Shown here piece after piece: positions 47,368-55,880 of a DNA stretch of 55,880 bases (its first letter is position 1; every line of letters begins with the position of its first letter). The stretch is taken from assembly GCA_012862495.1 (NCBI GenBank), contig BLSG01000059.1, forward strand, positions 211,293 to 267,172. Direction: 5' to 3'. The DNA is from Thraustochytrium aureum (taxonomy: Eukaryota). The notes beneath the pieces were generated by a model, which was not told the origin of the DNA, ran no database searches, and worked only from the letters and a program-made list of their open reading frames with translations. The position numbers were made by a program, and so were the translations under genes.

Positions 47368-49958
47368 ATGCCGACAAAGTGGTCGCGACGTCGGCAGCAG
47401 CCTTCGGCGCGATGGGCCGCGCGGAAGGCGTCCGCGAGCAGCGAAAGCAACGATAGTGACAGCGAAGCATCTGAGACGTCAATGGACTCGCCAAGCGAGC
47501 GGCGAAGGCGAAGCAGGCCCATGCGGTCCCACGCGGACGATTTTGATGACGAGGAGAAAGACAGCGAGGGCGACGAGGCCAAAGACGAAGAGGATGAGGA
47601 CCTCGAGCGCATGCTGGGGCTCACCGCCAAGTCTTTGCCGAGAGCGAGAGCTGCTGATACGAGAATTTCCAACAACTTCTTGGAGGCCCTTGTGGGAGAA
47701 AGTCGGCCAGAGGCTCTCGAGCACCTGGCGTTGGCAGACCTTCGCGACGCGGTCGATGGGAGCGGTCGAAACGCGCTTCAGGTTTGTTTGTTGGCGGATA
47801 ACTTAACGATGGTCCGCGCTGTTCTCGATCGCACGATCCGTGAGCCGTCGGAGCGGCGGAGACGCCATGATTTGCGGCGTCTTAAACGGCAAGAACAAGA
47901 AGATGGCCGCGCAGACTTTCTCAGCACGAGCCAGCAGCGCGCTGCTCTTGCTGCTGAGGAACGAGAAACGACACTGCAGGTGCTGGGCGAGAGTGAAGAG
48001 GCAGCATTTTGCGCTCTGGTCTCGTCCACCGATAGCGACGGTTGGAGCGCTCTCCACTACGCAGCGCAAGCCGCGCCTGGGGCAATGCGGGTCTTGCTAT
48101 CGTACGCCCCTTCCCTGGAAACTTTGTCGCGCACCGCTCGGCGGGCCGCACGGAGAGAGCGGAGGGCCATGGCAAGCTCCCAGGATGCGACAGGCTGCAC
48201 ACCGCTCCACGTCGCGGCGTCGAACGGCAACGTAGAGGCTGTGCAGTGCCTTCTTGCATGGGGGTCTCGGCGCCAGGTCGAAAATTCGACGGCGAGACCG
48301 CCATGGACGTCGCAGCTAATCACGTTGTGCGCGGGGTGTTGCGGCGTGGCCTCGTTGAAGACGTTTGTAACGGCGTGAGCGGTTCGCTCAAGTCGTTCAA
48401 GTCCATGGTGCTTAGCGGCGAGGACCTGTCCGAGCGTTCGGGGGTGCTCCTTCAATCAGTCCTCCATCGCGCCGCCGAAGCGGGACAAGCGGATCTCGTT
48501 CGTTTCCTACTGAGCGAGTGCAACGCGGAGGTTGACCAAGAAGACGCTTGTGGATGGACCGCGTTGCACTACTGCGCCAAACAGGCGGGTGGCGGCCACC
48601 GAGACGTGGCGGACGCTTTGCTGGCGAGCGGGGCCAACGCGAACAAGCACAGTTCTGCTGGTCTGACCCCTCTGCACATCGCGGCTTCGAGCGGAGGACC
48701 TGGCAGGAGCGCGCGCTCTGGCCCGCACAAGCACATGGTTGGCCTCCTCGTGCGCGCTGGAGCGGCCATGGAGGCTCGCGACGCAGACGGCAACACCCCG
48801 TTTCTGCTTGCCGTGCGGCGGGGGTGTATTTCGACAGCGCGCGAGCTCGTCGAGTCGGGCTGCAACTTGCACGCTTCGGACACACGCAGTTGGAACGCTC
48901 TTCACCTCGCGTGCTTTAACGGCCATCGGGCTCTCGTTCGCATGCTCGCATTCGTAGATAGCGAGGTGGGGTTGCTTTCGCGACAACGAAACGCACAAGG
49001 CAAGCTGCCAAGCGATTTGTGCCGCGCTCCTGAGCTTGGCCGCGATCTGCAAACCGTTTGGGAGCTCGCAAGCCAGTGGCGTCTTGACGAGCTGCGCAAT
49101 GCGGTGCGCGCTTCGCGTGGCGCGGATGCGTCAGAGGGGGTTGACGAGCGTCCTTCACTAAGCGCTTTGAGTTTCCACACGGGGTTTTCGCCTCTCCACG
49201 CAGCAGTTCTTGGCGAGTACCTCGGCGCGTACTCGGTCGCGCGGAGGCGAGCGAGACATGTCTGTCAGCGCCGCACCAATGGCGCTGGTGTTCCAAGGCG
49301 GCGCGCTCGTCGCTTTAGTCAAACCCAGGTCGTGGCGTTTCTGCTTGCTCAGCGCGAGGTCTTCGTGGACGCCTCGGACCGCCGGGGCTGCACAGCGCTC
49401 ATGTACGCTTGTCTGACGGGAGGCGAGGAGCTTGTGCGGGCGCTTATCGCTAGAGGAGCGAACGTATCAGCGGCGGATCTGGACGGCAACACGCCGCTGC
49501 ACTTTGCCTACGCGCGAAAGCACCTGGCCGTCGCAAGCCTGCTGGAGGGCGCCGGAGCTGACAGCGAGGCGCGCAACCACCGCAAGCAAACCCCGCTCGC
49601 GGTTGCCGGCCTCGGGGCGGCGTTCCGGCTTCCGACTCCGACAGAGCGGAGGAAGAACTGCACAGGGGAGCCAAGACCCACCGACGAAGCTGGCAGCCGC
49701 GCAAAGGAGAGCGACGAAGAAAAGAGCGATGATGGAGCAGACCCGAATCCACGCGAAGAACGCAGGGATCGGGCGGGCGATCGCACACTCGCTGACATTG
49801 CCATGGAGGTCGAGGCCGAGGAGACAGGACGCGGGGCACGTCGCTTGCAGACGCGCGGCGGCACCTCCTCGCCAACCCTAGAAGACGTCGCACAAGAAGA
49901 GCTGGCTCGAGATGCGACTCGCGCAACGCTGGCTGCGATTGCCAAGGAGGTGGGCTGA
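47368..49958 (+). CDS. Multi-ankyrin-repeat protein with acidic N-terminal region; frameshift at about 48283; start uncertain
   Basis: About 10 or more ankyrin repeats: GWSALHYAA, GCTPLHVAA, GWTALHYCA, GLTPLHIAA, GNTPFLLAV, WNALHLAC, GFSPLHAAV, GCTALMYAC, GNTPLHFAY. Confidence 0.88.
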
Positions 49959-52900
49959 AGCTTTTTCTTTGCCGCCCGGCGGTTCCAGGAGCTGGCTGGC
50001 AGTGCTCTGCTGGCCAAGAAGAAGAAAAAACGAGCTGCTAGTTCTCGCCCTGCCCGAGCCGCCACAACTGGCACGCCGCGGCCCGCTGTGGGTAGACAAC
50101 GCGTTCCGCTTGACGGATTGGATGGACTCTGCAAGTCCCAGGTGACACGAGTACTCTAGCTAGATTCTAATTATGCTGGACTCTTGACCGCTCTGTACCG
50201 GAACTGAGTAGAGGACCCTACTCAAGAAATTACCTTCAGGACNNNNNNNNNNNNNNNNNNNNNNNNNNNNNNNNNNNNNNNNNNNNNNNNNNNNNNNNNN
50301 NNNNNNNNNNNNNNNNNNNNNNNNNNNNNNNNNNNNNNNNNNNNNNNNNNNNNNNNNNNNNNNNNNNNNNNNNNNNNNNNNNNNNNNNNNNNNNNNNNNN
50401 NNNNNNNNNNNNNNNNNNNNNNNNNNNNNNNNNNNNNNNNNNNNNNNNNNNNNNNNNNNNNNNNNNNNNNNNNNNNNNNNNNNNNNNNNNNNNNNNNNNN
50501 NNNNNNNNNNNNNNNNNNNNNNNNNNNNNNNNNNNNNNNNNNNNNNNNNNNNNNNNNNNNNNNNNNNNNNNNNNNNNNNNNNNNNNNNNNNNNNNNNNNN
50601 NNNNNNNNNNNNNNNNNNNNNNNNNNNNNNNNNNNNNNNNNNNNNNNNNNNNNNNNNNNNNNNNNNNNNNNNNNNNNNNNNNNNNNNNNNNNNNNNNNNN
50701 NNNNNNNNNNNNNNNNNNNNNNNNNNNNNNNNNNNNNNNNNNNNNNNNNNNNNNNNNNNNNNNNNNNNNNNNNNNNNNNNNNNNNNNNNNNNNNNNNNNN
50801 NNNNNNNNNNNNNNNNNNNNNNNNNNNNNNNNNNNNNNNNNNNNNNNNNNNNNNNNNNNNNNNNNNNNNNNNNNNNNNNNNNNNNNNNNNNNNNNNNNNN
50901 NNNNNNNNNNNNNNNNNNNNNNNNNNNNNNNNNNNNNNNNNNNNNNNNNNNNNNNNNNNNNNNNNNNNNNNNNNNNNNNNNNNNNNNNNNNNNNNNNNNN
51001 NNNNNNNNNNNNNNNNGGGGTCTGCTCGCCTTTTGGAAGCGAGAAAATGCATTCGCCGCAGATTTGACGGCAAAAAATTGGGTATAGGTACTCGAGAAGG
51101 CAATAGGCAATAGAATTCTAATCAGGCAAATAATTAGGTATTTGTAATGTGGGGTCTGTCCCATTCGCCGCCGATTCGAGCACCAACGAGTGTAATACAT
51201 GCATTCCGGAATCTCATTCTTCATTTGCGTATTGCCGTAATATGAACACTCTGTGTCATGGCCCACGAGCTACGACTGCGTGCCCAGCAGACGGCACGCA
51301 GCAGGAACCCTGGCACCTTCTCCGGTTGCGCGTCGATCGACGAAGTAGGGCGGACGCTGTGGCAGGAAAGCGCAAGGCTCCAGGTATATATTGGCTCGTG
51401 GATGAAGGAGATGTCCGGTAGCACAGCGACGGCGGAGCTGGGGTCCAGCTCGGGAAGCGGACCGTCGAGAGGTGCAACCTCTCGAATTAATGCGTCAACT
51501 AACGCGTCGAGCAACTCGTCGAGTTCCATCGAGCCAAGTGATGTGGTCGTGGTCGTGCTGAGGACGACAGCGTGGGAGGGCTCGCTGCTTGGTCAGGGCG
51601 CCGGAAACGAGAAGAGGAAACGGGCCGTGAGCAGTTTGTCATTGATCAAGAGCATGCTTTAATTGAGCAGGCAGCCAAGCAGCAGCGGTACATGAAGCAA
51701 GGCCATCGAGGCGGCTGAAGGGAAAGGGCTTGCAAAAGGCAAGGGAGGGAGACGCGCAACTCGAAGCGGCAGAAGTAGACAGTATAAAAACGCAATGCTA
51801 TCATCCGTCAAGTTTTTGCGTCATCTGGATACCTTCGTTTCGCATTTGGCTTTTGGTCCTCATGGGGCCGGCCTGGTTCCTCTCCAGCGAGCCGCCTTCG
51901 TGGCGCAGCGAGACGTCACTGTTGGTTCTGCCTGCCTTTCCAAAAATATCAAAGGTTCGGCAGCACCGTTTTTTTACGTCTCGTCTCCCGTCGTTTTAAC
52001 GGAGCGTGGTAAAACCCAACCACATGGAGATCATCAAAATCGCTGCGTGCTGTACCGACCAACAAGGCACCGGCAGAAGCTCAGAGGCGTTGCAATCGAT
52101 GTGGAAGAAGTGGTCAGAAACGCTCGAACAGCACGCTGTGCCCTTTCGTTCGAAACAACAAAATGGGAAGTTGTACACCTGCGCAGCGAGTTGCCAGCGC
52201 AAAGCAGCCCGCAAAGCGCAAAGGAGATGCTTGAAATGGCAGGCAATAGACTCTGTGCCCTTTGCCGAACGATTACGTTCCTGCTTTTGCTGAGAACACA
52301 CTAGACGAGGTTGTCGTCCCTCGCACCTCTTTGCAGTGCGAATCGATAGCTTCGAACGTCAAAAGTGAGGCCAGCAGCATGGTCCCAGACAACGATGGGC
52401 TCTAGCTAGAGCCTGACACTTGTTCCACGTATTCATACGCATTGCCAAAAGTGCCCTTGCAACGCTCCTCGTTCGGACGAACGAGAGCATGCGGGCCAAA
52501 GAGGCTGGCCAGAGCCACTGAGCCTCGGTGAGTTCTTGTCCGTGTTCGGTGTTTTCGTGTGGACGTAGTTGGTTGGGCTGAAGAGCCAGCGCCTCTTCGA
52601 CTGCTTTGAGGAGGATGTCGGCGTCCCGCTTCCGCGGCGAGATCTCTTGCTGAGTACTGTGCAGCACAAAAGTGCCAATTCCCCGATCCCACCAACTCTT
52701 GCTGTTCAGGTTTTGACATCATGCAGAACACGATGACAACTGAGAAGCCTTTGGCATTTCGAACGCGCGTGATAGTTACTTCCCGAACAAGAACCAGGTC
52801 CTTGATGACGGGTTCATTGGGACCACTTTGAAGCAGGGGCAGAAGCGGCACTGAACGAATGTAAAAGCTGGCAACGATGGGATCAAGAGTGACGGTCTTG

Positions 52901-53710
52901 CTGATTCTTTGACTTTGAGGTTTACGATCTTGGCGTGGGATCTCCCCGCGAAGATGCTGCTCAGCGGAGATGCAGGATTGGTTCACGGGGTCTACGCACT
53001 TTGCTTTGCATTCGAGCCTGCATTCTGGTTCCGGCCTTTGCTTGCCTTTTGTTCTCGCTATGGTCTACCAAGTTGGTTTGGGGATTTCGCTTGCGTGTGG
53101 GAGATTCGCCCATTTGATCTTCGATGATGTTCATGCTTTCAACTAAAGCATAGGACGTCTGCTCGGCGCCTATTTGGTTGAGCGCGGATTGACACCTTGA
53201 TCGACATGAGAGCTCAAATGGCGTCACCAACTGGGAACGCTTCTATAGAGTAATCCTGATGCGCTCCCATGGGCTGGGCAGTTCGCGGTCGCCTGGTATG
53301 GTCGCCCACTGCTTGCCGTGATTCTGTGCAGCCTGGTTTGGTCGCGTCCCAGGTTGTCCTGAGATGACAGCATGCGGTGGGCAATGCTGTCGAATTCCTG
53401 AGGACGTCAACTGCGAATGCACGGGTCGAGGCCTTGAGAAAGCCAAATGAGATAGGCAGGCCTCTAGAGGCTTTAAACTGAGCAGAGCAGACCAACCCTG
53501 GTGGTACGTCCTGTCCCCTACTACGTCTGTTGCTGACAAGGATTGGTTTTTCAGTTCCAGGATACTCTACTTTACCTTACTAAGTACTGCTCAGAATCAA
53601 CTCGCTGGTCGGTCAGANNNNNNNNNNNNNNNNNNNNAAACAGCAGAAGCCACAGACCAAACTCCAAACACCAAACAGCAGCAGAGCCCGTCTTTGCGAC
53701 CTCGACCTCG

Positions 53711-54553
53711 ATGGACAGCGCGATGATGTCGCTCGACGAAGTGGTGTCCGAGATGGCGGCACGGACTCTGACGACCATCAAAACAAGAATTCTGCAGGAC
53801 ACACACGAGTTCGTGTACAAGGACATGAAAGAAGGCATGCTGCTTCACGAACAAAAATTTGCCGTTGAGGTCCCTGTCGGTGAAAACGCCCTTCAAAACA
53901 TGCTCCTCGATATCTCCGTGATACAAGTGGGAGGAGAGTACTTCAGCTTCGCTACAACCTCCATGGCCGAATTACTGCGCGCGGGCAAGCTGACCGTCGA
54001 ACTGGAGAGCGTCCGCTTCGACCAGGAATACTTCAAAGAGGTCGTCTTTGAAGTCGACACCACCAACCCCGGATCGACTCGCATTTTGGTCAGGTTGCGT
54101 CTGCGCCGAGGCCGGAGTGGCGGGAAGCGGCTCACCGTGCCCATGGCGCAAGCAAATTTATTTTCCGTGGCCCTGTCTTGCCGCATCGGCACTGGCGAGG
54201 TCCTCTTCGAGGCGAACCTTGCGCCATTCAAGATCAAGACCAAGTACAAGTCGATTCACAACGCCCAGGCGAAGAGCGATGATGTGCGCCCCCTGATTCC
54301 GGCTTTCTTCGAGCAGCTCGAGCAGCTCAAAGGCTTCACGCGCGGCGGCGCCTTCCAGCGCCTCCCGCGGGACTACATCGAGCGGCAGGTGCAACCCACT
54401 CTCAAGCGCGGGCGCACGAGCTTTCTAGGCTCTCGAGATCGTCTGTACGAAGACGATATTGCTCTCGCCATCCTCACCAGCGGACGCAGCCTCTCGCTTG
54501 GGAGCCTGGACGACCTTTTCGACGGTCTGGAGGCGTTTGATGACTCGGAGTAG
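53711..54553 (+). CDS. Hypothetical protein (about 280 aa, beta-rich)
   Basis: Intact ORF from MDSAMMSLDEV with coding-like codon bias and ordinary globular composition. No family confidently recognised. Confidence 0.75.
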   Translation: MDSAMMSLDEVVSEMAARTLTTIKTRILQDTHEFVYKDMKEGMLLHEQKFAVEVPVGENALQNMLLDISVIQVGGEYFSFATTSMAELLRAGKLTVELESVRFDQEYFKEVVFEVDTTNPGSTRILVRLRLRRGRSGGKRLTVPMAQANLFSVALSCRIGTGEVLFEANLAPFKIKTKYKSIHNAQAKSDDVRPLIPAFFEQLEQLKGFTRGGAFQRLPRDYIERQVQPTLKRGRTSFLGSRDRLYEDDIALAILTSGRSLSLGSLDDLFDGLEAFDDSE

Positions 54554-54991
54554 GAACCAGCGAGGATGACCGGTCGGTAGGTACNNNNNNNNNNNNNNNN
54601 NNNNNNNNNNNNNNNNNNNNNNNNNNNNNNNNNNNNNNNNNNNNNNNNNNNNNNNNNNNNNNNNNNNNNNNNNNNNNNNNNNNNNNNNNNNNNNNNNNNN
54701 NNNNNNNNNNNNNNNNNNNNNNNNNNNNNNNNNNNNNNNNNNNNNNNNNNNNNNNNNNNNNNNNNNNNNNNNNNNNNNNNNNNNNNNNNNNNNNNNNNNN
54801 NNNNNNNNNNNNNNNNNNNNNNNNNNNNNNNNNNNNNNNNNNNNNNNNNNNNNNNNNNNNNNNNNNNNNNNNNNNNNNNAGAGCAGGTTGACAGGGGTCC
54901 TTTGGCGCCGCTTGCGGAGCAGGAGTTGTTGGCGGGAGATGCTGGTGGGTTGACCTGGGCTGGGGCTGGGGTTTGTGACGCGGGAGGCGCG

Positions 54992-55880
54992 ATGAAGCGC
55001 AAACTCGGCGAGGGCGAGGGCGCCGGGGACGGCGCCACGGCGTCGGCCGCGGCGTCGGCGCAAACTGCGGGCGGAGCCGCTGGCCGAGGCGCCAAGGACG
55101 GCGCGAAGGGGAGCAAGAAGAAGAGGTTTAACCCGGTGGCGGAGCAGCCTAGCGCAACGTCGACGCCAAAGGTGCTGCTTCATAAAAACATCGAGCTGGC
55201 AACGCTGAACAAACGGCTGCGGCGCCGGCTGCGCGACGCGCGAGATCAAGCTTCGCAGTTAGAAAAGCACAAAGCCGACGTGGAGGCAGCCGCGAGCACG
55301 CTGGACCGCGCGATGGAGGAGCTCGCGAGAGGGGCGGCGGATATCCTCGGCAAGGCTGGCGCGTGCCTCCCCGAGCTCCTCTCCGAGCAGAGCGACGAGC
55401 AAGCCGGGAAGGCTCCCGCTTCAGGGGCGGGCGAGGAGTTCCTAGAGAGGCTCTACGGCCCAAGCCTCCGGGCGACCCTATTCAAAAACGTTGCCGCCGC
55501 GGTCCCAGACAAGCTGGACAACGGCGACGACGAAGAGGACGACGAGGAGGGGGAGGGGGAGGGTGAAGAGGAGGAGGCCACCACGAAGGTTGAGGCAGGC
55601 GAGCATGACGGGACTGCGCGAAAGATCCGTGTTGCCGCGAAAGGGCTTCCGGCTCTCACCTCTGCCGCCGTGAAGAAACGGTCCAACGCCCTGCTCGGGG
55701 TTCTGCGAGCAGTGGCAAATACAGTTCTTGGCGCCGGGGACGAGGCGCGGACCCAAGCGTGCAATCGCATGCTCGAGCAGGGCCAGGAGGCCGCCACGCT
55801 AAAGACCCGGCTGCGCCGCGCACTATCAAACTGCTCGCTCTTTGCTGACCGTGTGATCGAGCTTGAAGGCCAAAGTGCGC
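54992..55880 (+). CDS. BRE1-like (H2B E3 ubiquitin ligase) N-terminal coiled-coil region, 3'-partial
   Basis: The frame is open from ATG 54992 (MKRKLGEG...KKKRFNP, NLS-like) and apparently to the window end. KVLLHKNIELATLNKRLRRRLRDARDQASQLEKHKADVEAAASTLDRAMEEL resembles the BRE1/RNF20 N-terminus. The diagnostic RING lies outside the window. Confidence 0.5.
   Translation, partial: MKRKLGEGEGAGDGATASAAASAQTAGGAAGRGAKDGAKGSKKKRFNPVAEQPSATSTPKVLLHKNIELATLNKRLRRRLRDARDQASQLEKHKADVEAAASTLDRAMEELARGAADILGKAGACLPELLSEQSDEQAGKAPASGAGEEFLERLYGPSLRATLFKNVAAAVPDKLDNGDDEEDDEEGEGEGEEEEATTKVEAGEHDGTARKIRVAAKGLPALTSAAVKKRSNALLGVLRAVANTVLGAGDEARTQACNRMLEQGQEAATLKTRLRRALSNCSLFADRVIELEGQSA

Noticed and set aside
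10670..48290. Many frameshifts suggesting mass pseudogenisation or programmed frameshifting
   Set aside because: They affect conserved genes whose motifs are otherwise intact and mostly sit at short homopolymers (for example about 10675, 13230, 26637, 36957, 40466, 48283). This is the signature of sequencing indel error.

Overview
This is gene-dense, GC-rich eukaryotic DNA from a gapped draft assembly, with about 20 N-runs and many 1-bp frameshifts that mostly fall at homopolymers. Evidence for a eukaryote: spliceosomal GT-AG introns with CTAAC/CTGAC-like branch points, plus RPB8, an exosome subunit, RAB3GAP2, a 3R-Myb and an F-box. Intron-poor genes, (GAGC)n microsatellites and AP2 plus 3R-Myb would fit a stramenopile such as a thraustochytrid, but that is inference only. 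Recognisable genes in order: AP2-domain transcription factor; UEV/RWD-like + F-box + Tudor/chromo-barrel fusion protein; mitochondrial carrier; RPB8; RMT2-type arginine methyltransferase; YSL/OPT transporter; 3R-Myb; sulfotransferase; ankyrin/Pro-rich protein; RAB3GAP2; ferric reductase; APRT; MTR3-like exosome subunit; M14 carboxypeptidase; TRMO/TsaA; Zn alcohol dehydrogenase; a long coiled-coil protein; a multi-ankyrin protein; an orphan ORF; and a BRE1-like ORF running off the end. I saw no rRNA, tRNA, CRISPR array or recognisable transposase. I cannot support a novel multi-gene system here. The best candidates for novelty are the UEV-F-box-Tudor fusion, the membrane-anchored APRT, the orphan ORF at 53.7 kb and the AT-shifted region at 50.2-53.6 kb. 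All family calls come from motif recognition by eye, not database searches.
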